This document shows positions 53,288 to 64,000 of a stretch of 64,000 nt of DNA, one piece after another. The notes below the pieces were generated by a model, which did no database searches, had not been told where the DNA came from, and saw nothing but the letters and a program-made list of their open reading frames with translations. The position numbers were made by a program, and so were the translations under genes. Within the stretch, counting starts at the first letter, position 1, and each line of letters starts with the position of its first letter. This DNA is from Pristiophorus japonicus (taxonomy: Eukaryota), in NCBI RefSeq assembly GCF_044704955.1, contig NC_091999.1, forward strand, positions 44,640,001-44,704,000. The letters run 5' to 3'.

Positions 53288-53596
53288 CCTTTTCCTTGTG
53301 GATGGAATCTCTGATCGGAGTCGGCATATCCTGATGGCTCACCACGCAGTAGAACTTATCCCCACTCAGCCAGTCTTGTGTCGAGATGTTTAAGTTGCTG
53401 ATCACACTGTTGGGATCCTCTCCCGATTGGACGGCAATCTCTGATTTCAAAGCCTCCTTTTCTCGGGTCCAGGACACGGTGAGCCCATAAGGAGCATCAG
53501 ACACGACGCAGGTTAAGGTCACCGTCGCCTCCAGTAAGACCTGTTCCAGTGACGGTGGGCGAAGAGTGATTTTTGAATCACTGCATGGGACATCCA
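53288..53596 (-). CDS. IGHM: IgM heavy chain CH3 exon
   Basis: [32 protein letters not shown]...[13 protein letters not shown]; canonical AG/GT; 309 bp, open. Confidence 0.95.
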
Positions 53597-54299
53597 CTGC
53601 GAAACAGGAATGAAAGTCAGGAAAAGCTGCAGCTTCAGAATCAAGACACCAATATTTAGCCTTAACTCTTTCAAGGGGAATATATCACATTTGAGGTATC
53701 AAGCTCCCGCTGTTGCTTTAACACCGTTATTGGAAGGACAATTAATTGGCAACGATTCCAGGAGATCTGTAACATTTCCTGTGTATTTGCAGCCAGAGAC
53801 ACCTGTAACGGGCTGTGAAGCAAATACCCGGAGTAAAATGGGAATACATTGGGGCGCAATTGTGTTAGGCATTGAATAGCGCTCTTCCTGAAATCCCTTG
53901 CTCCTTTACACCCGTCTATAGATCCTTGCACCCAAATTCATCTCTGCTGGTTATAATAGCTGAAGCCCGAATAGCCCGAGGTTCAAGAGTTCTGCACCAG
54001 CATTATACTGGTTCAAAACCAGTGTCAAATTAATTTCAGGATTTATGGGACAACAGGAAACAACGTTAAGTTTCTGGTCTCTTGCTGCGTTTTTTGTTGC
54101 GGTGAAAATGTGCAGTAACCAGTCACAGCCCCCGTCTGAGGAGAAGTGCAAGGTCGGGAGAATGGAGTTCCAAGGAATCTTTATGGTGGGGCATCATTTG
54201 TAATGGTGTGAGGTATTTTTTTTAGTTTCTGTAAGTACTGAATATTTATCATGACTGGTGAGAGAAAGTCAGAGTGAAATATGACCTCAGCGCATTAAT

Positions 54300-54800
54300 A
54301 GCAACATAGGAACAGCAGGTGGCCATTCAGCCTATCCATCCTATCCCGCCATCCAGTTAGATCATGGCTGATCAACACTCAACACCATCTTCCCGCCTTG
54401 ATAACTTGCCTGACAAAAATCTATCAATCACAATTTTCAACTTTTCAATTGAAAGCAAGCATCAGCAGCTTTTGGGGAGGGAAATCCCGACTTGCACTAT
54501 TCTTTCTGTGAGAAAATCCTTTGTAACATCACCTCTGCAAGGCCTAACTCTAATGTTAAGGTTCTGCTACTTGTTCTGGACTCTCCCATCAAACTAAATA
54601 AATGTTTCTATATCTACTCGATCAATTCCATTGATCAACATAAACACCTCAATTGGATCATCTCTTAACGTTCTATACTCGTCTCCAGATCATTTTACAT
54701 TATAAGCCCGGTTTAATTCGGGTAAACGTGCAGTTTAGCGCCTCCACGTATATCCTTCCTGAGGCGCGGAGCCCAGAACTGGGCTCAGTGCTCTGAATAG
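54300..54800 (-). mobile_element. Old CR1 3' fragment in the CH2-CH3 intron
   Basis: AACATAGGAACAG tail and CR1 3'-end similarity. Confidence 0.6.
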
Positions 54801-54984
54801 GGTAGATGCTCATTCTAGCAGGGTTCCTGGACAGTTGGCAGGAAAGGGTTCCAGACTTCTACTGCCACTCCGTATATGATCAGCCAACTCAGGATAAACC
54901 TGTGACTAAGGACACTTCACTCACTGTCTGACATCAGAGCAAGGGGAAAACTTCTTTGGCGAGGTTAATGAAGCCTGAGCAATG

Positions 54985-55420
54985 AGGAATTCTGAACCAG
55001 AAGATAGTGGATTAAATTCACACTCCAGATACTTGATCACAAAATGTAAGCTGTGTCTCCCAGTGCAGTACTGGGAGCATGGCGCACTATCGGAGGTGCC
55101 GTCAGTTGGATCAGGTGTTAAACCGTGGATCCATCTGGCCTCTCAGGTGGAGGTAAAAGATACCTTGGCATTATTTCAATGAAAAGCAGAGGAGTTCTCC
55201 CTGGTAGCCTGGGAATATTTATCCCTCAAGAAATATCACTCAACAAAAAAAAAAGGTCATTATCACACTGTTCTTTTTGGGAGCTTGCTGTGCACTAAAT
55301 GACTACCGGACTTTGTACATTACAACTGTGACAACATTTCACAACTTAATTCATTGGCTGGCAAGCGCTTTGGTTCAGTCTTTGGTCGCTGAAGGCGCTG
55401 TATAAAGGCAAGTTTGTATC
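54985..55420 (+). mobile_element. Deu-domain SINE (SacSINE1/AmnSINE-like)
   Basis: GCAGTACTG...GGAGGTGCCGTC...GTTAAACCG...CTCTCAGGTGGA.GTAAAAGAT...AATATTTATCCCTCAA core; L2-like GGCGCTGTATAAA tail. Confidence 0.75.
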
Positions 55421-55547
55421 GCAAGAATACACAGACTGCATGATTGGAAATTAGGAACAGTCCTCTGATTTTTACTAATTCCAATGAAGCACCTGACTAG
55501 GTCAGCGCTCAGAATGGTCTGGAACCTCCCGGGATTGTATCTCTTAC

Positions 55548-55865
55548 TCTGAGATCTGCTGAAGTTACGGCTTTGCGTGACCCCTTCATGAGTGACTTGG
55601 CAGGTGTAGACCGAGCCGGTGAACCATTCCTCGGCAGGGACTGTCAGCCGACTGGCCGTCGAGAAGTTCCCGTTCACCTCAAAGACGGGAGAGGTGACGA
55701 AGCCCGAATCCATGAGTTGTCCACTCTTCAGCCAATTCACGGTCAGTGACTTTGGCCGGAAATCGATGATTGAACACACGGCGCTTGCATATCTGCTGGT
55801 GGTGATTTGTTCAGTGGAACTCAGCGTGAGGAGAACAGTTGGAGGACCTATGTCCGGTTCAGGAT
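55548..55865 (-). CDS. IGHM: IgM heavy chain CH2 exon
   Basis: [47 protein letters not shown]...[15 protein letters not shown]; canonical AG/GT; 318 bp, open. Confidence 0.95.
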
Positions 55866-55989
55866 CTTCAAAAAAAAACATATTACTGAAATTGCTTGTA
55901 AAATAAATGATTAAGAAATGCAAAGTGTCCTTATATTTTAACAGGTTCTTTGCTATCAGACTAACACTAACCAGGCATTTACAGAGAGC

Positions 55990-56435
55990 AGAACTGTGTA
56001 CAGTATTCTCAGTGTAATATGCAGACCAGAACTGTGCATAATATTCTAAGTGCGATATGGGGTCCAGAACCACGCACTGTATTCTAAGCATGATATGGAG
56101 ACCACAACTTTACACCGTATTCTAAGTATGAGATCGAAACCAGAACTTTAAAGAATATTCTAACTGTGATATGGAGACGGGAACTGTGCATAATATTCTT
56201 TGTATGATATAGAGACCAGAAATTTAGACACTATTCTAAGTATGAGATGGAAACCAGAATTGTGAACAATATTCTAAATGTGATAAGGAGACTAGAACTG
56301 TGCTCAGTATTCTAAGTATTATGTGGAAATCATAACTGCACACAATACTCTAAGTGTGATTTGGAGACGAGAACTGTACACAGTATTCTAAGTATGATAG
56401 GGAGAGCAGAACTGTACACAGTACTCTAAGTGTTG
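55990..56435. repeat. About 39-bp tandem repeat in the CH1-CH2 intron, about 11 copies
   Basis: CCAGAACTGTACACAGTATTCTAAGTATGATATGGAGA-like unit. Confidence 0.9.
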
Positions 56436-56511
56436 TCTTACCAAATTGCTATACAAGTTCAGCATAATTTGTCATCTTATCATTGTTTGCCCTGTAACCC
56501 ACATCACTAAC

Positions 56512-56811
56512 CTGGCATTGTGATAGCCCAGACCGACACACCACGTCGAACCTCGCAGAAGATTGTGCTGCTCCCCACATCTGACTTGGTGATGGTTAAC
56601 TGGCTGCTCTGGGTGTAGATTCCTTTCTTATTGAGCACTGACGGGTAGGTCTTCAATGCAGTGGTGATGGGATCTTTATCTTTCTTCCAGGAAAGGCTGG
56701 TGATGTCGGGGGAGTAGTCCATCGCCAAACAGCCGTACGTGATGGAGCCATCGGTGCTGGGTTGTTCACAGGAGGAGAGCAGGGCGTAGAGATTGGGGGG
56801 AAACGGTGTTA
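56512..56811 (-). CDS. IGHM: IgM heavy chain CH1 exon
   Basis: [44 protein letters not shown]...IFCEVRRG, shark C-mu1 pattern; AG acceptor 56812-56813, GT donor 56510-56511; 300 bp, phase 1/1, open. Confidence 0.96.
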
Positions 56812-57559
56812 CTGAGAAAGAATGGCCCATTGAACAAGTTAGACTCTGTAATCCATGCTTATAAAAGAAAGAAACAACTCTAAATCTGACTGCAGAATAA
56901 ACTAATTCCACCATTTTCCCATCAAAGACTACACGGGCATTTGAGTTTCTGTCAGTTCCTTCATAAGCACCTGTCGATGCCCTGGTCAGGAATACACCTT
57001 TCTCTCCCCGAGCTCTATCACATTACAGACCAAGAACCTTTACACAACTCGCCAATAAAGAATCCTTCATTGGTTCATACAATAGAAGAACAGAGGCGTG
57101 TTCCTGCTTTTTCGGCCTGCATTTATTTCTCAATCAGCACCATTTCTGGTCCTTTATTTAATTGCAGTTTGGGGAAGTTCGCTCTGTGCACATTGCCTGC
57201 AGTGTATCCCAACAAAACAACAATGACTGCACTTCAAAGTAACAGCGGATTTCCTGCTTCGGACGTTAGCAAAAAACCCTCTAAATTTGCCTACCACATA
57301 ATTCAACAGATAGCATTGCCATAGTCTAGTTTCTAAGATTCAAGCTGGAGGTGAATCGCGATTGAGTCGAATTTCTCCCTTATTTCCTCAGCATTTTAGG
57401 AAGAGCGATGTCACTCAGTGCTTGTGATCTGGGCTCTATCCCATCCTATTGAATGCATGTCTCTTGAGTTTCCTCCTCCATCCCATTCAATTAATAATCC
57501 GAATAAAATACCTTTCCAAAATCCGGTTAATTGGAAGTTTCTCCTTAAATGGCCCATTT

Positions 57560-58490
57560 CAGTTCCCATTGCTGTTCTTGTTATATAACAATGACCTGGA
57601 CTTGGTTATAGGGAATACAGTTTCGAAGTTCGAAGATGAGGCAAAACCTGGCAACGTAGCCTATAGTGAAGCATGAAAGCAGCAGACTCCATGAGGAGAC
57701 AGATGGACCAGTGAAATGGGCCGGGACATGGCAATTGCAATTTAATGCGAATCATTGAGAAGCGATGCACATTGGATGGAAGATGGAGAGGCAGTATAAT
57801 CTAAATAGTATTGTTTTGAGGGGATGCACGAACAGAGAGACGTAGATGTACATATTCACAAATCTTTGAAGGGGGCAGGGCAAACTGATAAGACAGTTAT
57901 GAAAGATTATGGGATACTTGACTTTCTAAATGGGGAATTGACTACAAAAACAAGGCGGTTATGCTAAACATACAGATCACGTGTTAGGCCTCAGCTGGAG
58001 TATTGTGCACAATTCTGGAACAACAATGTAGGAAGGATGTCAAGCCCTTGGGGAGTGTAGAGGGGAGGCTTTTACCAGGATTATGCCAGGGATGCGGACT
58101 TCAGTTATGTGGGGAGATTGGAGAAGCAGGGATGTTCTCCTTAGAACAGAGGTTAAGAAGAAACGTAAGAGAGATATTCAACATTATGATAGTTTTTGAC
58201 AGAGCAAGTAGGGAGAAACTGCTTCCGCTGGAAAGTAGGTGGGTAACCAAAGGTCACAGATATAAATAATTGGCAAAAGATCAAAAGGGAAAATTGGGGC
58301 AATTGTTTCACACAGAGGGTTGGTAATTTCTGGAATGCTCCAAGCAGATCCTCCTGTATGTCAGGAGGACACATGTGCCCGTTTACAAGGAAAACCCTGG
58401 GGAGTTGGATTAAATTGGACAGCTCTTTCAGAGCCGGCACAGGCACGATGCTTGAATGGCCTTTACAGAGCTGTGAGATGCTATCATTCT
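57560..58490 (+). mobile_element. Old CR1 fragment in the J-CH1 intron
   Basis: YNNDLD...SKFEDEAK and RPQLEYCAQFW-like remnants. Confidence 0.7.
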
Positions 58491-59199
58491 ACACGAGTCA
58501 GTGTGAATAATGCTTCTAGATTTAATGGAAGGAAACGCTTCATATTTTGGACACCTCTACCAGATCTATTTTTATTGTTCGTTATAATGAAAGAGGATAT
58601 TTAAAATAAAGGGATCTTATAAATCTGACGCAAATTAGTCAATCGCATGCTGTTATAAAGGCTTAAAGTTCATTGCGAATGATTACTTATTGCAGGTTGA
58701 CTCTATCTCTTTAAATGTTTCACAGAATTGCTGCTCAGTTACTGTGCACCTTGTGTTGTGACCCAGACCAATAGCTGCATCTCTCATTGTTTGTCCCTAC
58801 ATTTAACCTGCTCAAGATGAATTGAACAACATAATGTTTCTAAACACGAGGTCCTCATGATGGTTATTTGAAGCGGGAGTCTCGATATCCTCCATTTAAA
58901 TTGTGAAAATAACTTACAGCCTCCCAACAGATCAGAACAGCCGCTGCTTTCTGCAGCGTTATTCACTTCCTGAAACGGTTTGTTCTGAAAGTGAGCTGAG
59001 GGTCAGGCCAATCGTGTTCAATAGTAATCTGATGCTCAGAATGTACAAACATGAATAACTCATTAACAATTTGGCATTTTTAAGAAAGAATATAAACATC
59101 AATGAATGTGCGTTGTTTAATCTGGGCAATCGGACAATTTATTGTTTATATCTGGCACGAGTAGTTTATCTGCTATCTGTTAGACGCAGATAACGGTGC

Positions 59200-60050
59200 C
59201 TTGAACACTGCCTGACCAAGCACTCTCAGGTCAGATACAGCACGGATACAAGAGCAAAGCTCCCGCTATGCTGTCGTGTGGGTCAGGCCAGGTATAGCAA
59301 GGGTTACACACAGAGTAATATGTTATCTGTACTATCCCGTCAAACATTCCCAGCTCAAGTACTGCAGAGATGTGCTACGAAATGTCTCCCCATAAAATGC
59401 ATTATCAAATTGACCGATTAGACTCAGCACAATTATCACACGTACAAAGAAAAGCTTCCCATACACTGCCCCTTTAAAGCACACCAGCTCACCTATAGCT
59501 CTGATTAAATATAAGATCAATCTATATTGAAGGACCCAATTAAGCTCCACGTCCTTGTAAATAAAAGGTTAAATGTTGATTAAAGCTATCTCTGCAATGT
59601 CCCATCAAGCAATGCCAGATAAGGTAAAGTACGGGTTAGTTGCAGAGAAAAGCTCCTTCATCACTGTCATATCAAACAGTCCCAGTGTAGGTAAGGCACG
59701 AGTTAGATAAAAAGTAGATTTCCCTCCACACTGCCAATTAAACACATTCAGGACAGGTCCAGTAAGGCTTGGATAAAAAATAAAGCTTCCTCTACAATGT
59801 CCCATCAAACACTCCCAATACAGGTACAGAATAAAGCTCCCTCTAGAATGTCCCATTAAACATTCCCAGGGCAGGTACAGCATGGGTCAGCACAGAGTAA
59901 CACTCCCTCTACACTGTCCCATCAAACACTCCCAGGGCACGTACAGCATGGGCTAGATACAGAGTAAAGCTCCTTCTGCACTGTCCCATCAAACACTACC
60001 AGGGCAGGTACAACTGGGTTAGAAACTGATTAAAGCTTCTTCTACTGTCC
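59200..60050 (+). repeat. 67-bp satellite block in the J-CH1 intron
   Basis: Same unit as 11670-11955, more degenerate leftwards. Confidence 0.88.
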
Positions 60051-63000
60051 CCCCGTGGTGTTTCGGAACTGCTCCTTCTGACTGTCAAAATCTGGGTTAC
60101 TGATCTCTTTTCTGCGGCGACTCCTCAACCTTAAAGTCAATCTTTTACGTTTCTCACATATACCAGTTTCTTAAATAACTAGTTAAATGACACTCCCCGG
60201 AATACACGATCACAATCCAGAAGTTTTACAACCCGTCAGGAGGACTGCTGATTCTCACACAGTGAGCAGGCGCACAGGAACAGAACTGACAAAAACGGTG
60301 CAACAACGGTGCTCCAGTGAGAGAGACCAGTTCTATCTGTTAATTTCAATGAAGCTCTTTGATTTCTAATGTATTTCTTGTCAATTTCCAACCACCTCAA
60401 CTCTGCAGATTTTTTGAAATTAAACTGATATTTATTTGAGAAACTATTCAACTTCCAGCCATTCCTCCCTCTCGGTCGACTATCTTGTAAACCGTGTAAA
60501 AATTAATTTCCCTGAAAATAATATCTGGAAATAATTCTCATTCCACGGAAAGTGCTGCGCGTTAAACGGGACTAGGTAACAGGGTAAGAATGTCACAATC
60601 CAGGAGACATATACATTGAAACCTGATCACCCACTGATTTGACATATTTGCAATAGTAAATATAACCTGTAAAATCATCGAGGCAAAATCAACTAAAATA
60701 TTAAGCGATAGCTTATCGAACTCAGCACAGCCGAGTTATACATGCATTATCTTCTAAATTAATTAGGAATTAATTAAACATTCTCTCCAACCCTTGTGAT
60801 AATGTAATAACTGTAATGTTGACCAGTATGCAATGCAATTGCCAGAGATCATTTATGTTTAATGAATTAGAACGAATATCACATTCTAAGTTTGTGTTCG
60901 TGTTTGCTGATTATTGGAAATACTCTGAGTACCTGTCTGGCACTTCCTCCTCAGAAGCATACGTACCTGGAACTTTTGAAATTAAATTAATGTGCTTGAA
61001 TTTCAGTCTTACTGATACAATTAATGAATAATAATTTAAAAACCTTTTCTGCCTGGCAACTTGTGATATATTAAGGTTTACTTAACTTACCATAACAATT
61101 CATCAACAGTAAAATTTTAAGCAGCATATTAATACATAAATACAATCAGAAAAATAAATTATTTTTCTTAACTCAAATCACATTTGACTAATTGACGATA
61201 ATTACGCAGTTCTACTTCTGTCCCGTTCTCTACCGATACATTTTTAAATTCTACATATTCTGACATAACAAAAACTGTGTCTATTTTCAGAGTACATTGC
61301 ACATGATGGATTGAGGAGTGGACTATTTTAAATAATTCACTGTCCGGCCCGGGTCACAAGTCCGATGTGCTGTAAACCACTTGTTTACTAAACTGGACTC
61401 TCGAGCTGAAATATTCTCCACAATCTTAACTTCCTAAAAATGGTTTTCTTAATTAAAACCAGTTTGCAGTCAGTAGCAGAGCTTCTGCTATTTAATAACA
61501 CAGACAATCATTTACAGTTCACTCCCATTATTCACACAATGCCCCCAAATTAATTATTAAATACATTCTGCTATTTCTTGAAACTAATTTACAGAATGGT
61601 TAGTGTAAAACTGTAGGATAACAAATCATTCAGACCATCTGCAACACTGAACCTGAATGAGCAAATGGAGGAGAGACTTTGTTCATCAATTTAATATTAA
61701 TAATAATTAACATAATTCTCAGATATGACCTGTGCTTTGTCTACCGTTCTATCCCGTATATAGCACCGCTTTCGGAGAAAGGAAGTTGTGTTAAATTCTA
61801 AACAAGATGAACATTTTTTAAGTAAATTAATCTGCTTGAATTTCAATGGATTATTTGCCTATCTCCAGCCTATGCAGTCTTGAATTTGAATATAATCACA
61901 TGAATAATTCTTTGACTGCCGGTGACGCCTGACTCACAGCCTCTGATCTTGCAAACTGTTTAAGATTAGTTTACTGATAATTCTATCGGTATCAAACAAA
62001 ACACAATAGTGATTCAATAACAAAGTTCGGTTGCACAGTAAGAATTTCATATTAAATTAACAAAATGCAATTTACAACACGGCTTTGAGTTATAATTAAA
62101 GACACTGCTAATCATCTCTGTAAACAGGAGGTAACAAGTAACTGAACTCCCGACTCAAACTGAACACACGGTGGAATCAATATGTTGTCAGTGAACTAAT
62201 TTCAGGCATAATTAATAATTGTATCCAGCCTCTAAAAGTTTCTGCTCCTCTTAATGGAGCCCAGTGTACTGCAGGATTTTGGAATGCGAATAATATTAAG
62301 AAAATTATATTGATATTATAACATATTTTAAGAACATTGGAAGATAGTATCGCATTATAATATTATAATCGGTTTGTTAATAGTAATTTATTTCAGCTAC
62401 AACCTGAATAATTGCTAATTATATAGCTGGTAATTACAGTTACGTTTTACTCAGTAAATATCAGCATCGTAAACATAAATTTATAGTTCAATATATAATT
62501 ATCACCAATAATTGTTGTGTTAAAATATATTTCAATGATTTCTGATTCCTAAAACCTTCCTGTTCTCTGCCTACAATCTGCTTTCAAACAGTTTCAAACA
62601 CATATCTTGTTTGTATTCGATCAGGAACCTGCTGCTGCCCGCTGTCACCGATATTAAACATTGTAGAAACGCCAAATAGTTTCACAAATTTTTGGTATTC
62701 TGAATAACAGCGGCACAAACTCTCCTCAGCAGATCAATACTAAATCACATCACTGAGGGGCGGACAGAACCTTTCATGAACAGATCCTTCATTCTCTAAA
62801 CCATTTCATCAGAATTAAATGTATCATTGCAAAAAGTCTCTTTACAGAATCACCGAAGCCGCCTAACACTAAAATAACTAATGATTGAATTCAACTGAAA
62901 TATAAAATAATGACAGCAGAATTGTGATTTGGTGGATCATGTAAAATACATTAATGTTAATATTATAGCATATTTTAATAATAATGGGTGATATAACTAC

Positions 63001-63595
63001 ATCATTATAATGTTAGTAATATTAATTTAAATCAGGTCCATCTGGAATTTAAATCAGGTCCATCTGGAAATGTGTTAATTTTTCAGTCCTTAATTACAGC
63101 AACACTTCACGTATTGAATCTGTGCATTCGGGAACATTCGGTCAGTAGATGACAAATGTAATTTTCACTAAAATCTTTAAATTCCTTAAGAATATATATT
63201 GAGCGCTAAGGTTTCTGTTATGTGTCTAAAATGTTCTTTCAAAAATATTTAAACACAATGTTTGTATTCGATCAGAAAAACTGCAGCAATCATAGGTCAC
63301 CGAGATTAAACATTGCAGAAGTGTCAAACAGTGTAACAACTTTAAAGTATTTAACGTAACTCAAGCACAGAAACTCGTTAGCAGATAAACACCAAATCAC
63401 TTCAACAACAACTTATGTGGAGAAACAGTTGAATTCTATAATCACATTGTAGCAGAATTACATAAAACATTGAAAAACCTCAATAGAGAACCCACCGAAT
63501 CCAAGTTTCAGTGAACGAAATAATTATTAAAATAAAGAGAAATGTAAAATAAAGGCACAAATACAACAGTTGCAGAATGTATGAATGTTCCTTAC

Positions 63596-63660
63596 CTGCA
63601 ATCACCGTCACCATGGTCCCTGGTCCCCAGTAGCCCATGGCGTCCCTATTCCCGTGGTCC
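63596..63660 (-). CDS. IGHJ: IgH J segment, probably fused to a D segment (DHGNRDAMGYWGPGTMVTVIA)
   Basis: WGxG motif (WGPG) followed by TMVTV; phase-1 donor G|GTAAGG at 63595; heptamer CACAGTG abuts at 63661-63667. Confidence 0.93.
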
Positions 63661-63688
63661 CACAGTGATAGGAACCCGTACACATATT
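63661..63688 (-). promoter_or_regulatory. Recombination signal sequence with 12-bp spacer
   Basis: Plus strand reads CACAGTG + ATAGGAACCCGT (12 nt) + ACACATATT (5/9 match to ACAAAAACC); nothing nonamer-like at 22/23 spacing. Confidence 0.75.
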
Positions 63689-64000
63689 GCATTCAGTCTC
63701 TGCTCAGTACTGATTCTCAACATTCATTCGAAATACACATGCACTTCAAATACAAATTCGCTTCTTATCAAGTTTAGAATTTAGCCAACAGTTTGCAGAA
63801 CAAATAGAAGGAGAACACAGTTCTCACCAGCTCCCTGCAGGTATCGGGCACAGTGAATCGAGCATCATGTCCAGCTCTGCAATTGTTGACACTGTTAACA
63901 TTAAACAGGAGCACAACCGAAACCTCCCTCTGTACATTGGTTAGAGTGTTACATTTTCACCATTGAATTATCAGTGTCTTAGTTTTGTAAGAAGCGGTTT

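Noticed and set aside
51982-56811. IgW, IgNAR or IgM1gj identity
   Set aside because: Four domains matching shark C-mu1-4 with CH2 present and a mu tailpiece; CH1 keeps the light-chain Cys
63849-63855. Second CACAGTG heptamer as a D-segment RSS
   Set aside because: No convincing nonamer at 12 or 22/23 nt and no opposing heptamer to delimit a D

Overview
Vertebrate genomic DNA from a cartilaginous fish (shark-type IgH cluster, shark CR1/RTE/L2 LINEs, Deu-domain SINEs). The right third (minus strand) carries an IgM heavy-chain (mu) cluster: a J-like segment at 63596-63660, intact CH1-CH4 exons with an intact secretory tailpiece, and membrane exons that look broken (in-frame TAG in TM1, apparent 1-nt loss at the start of TM2). 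The J-like segment is about 15 nt longer than a usual JH and is preceded by a 12-spacer RSS, not a 22/23-spacer one, which suggests a pre-joined D-J. V and any further D lie beyond the window end. The middle holds three tandem units of degenerate tRNA-Asp/Ser/Leu genes, fragments of two different endogenous retroviruses and many CR1 copies. The left part has two disrupted C2H2 zinc-finger exons, a CpG-island promoter, several minisatellites, an inverted duplication, and a 67-bp satellite packed with nested RTE, Gypsy (full length, 5-bp TSD) and CR1 insertions. Most ORFs in the supplied track come from repeats or transposon remnants. Family assignments are from memory of consensus sequences, not database searches.
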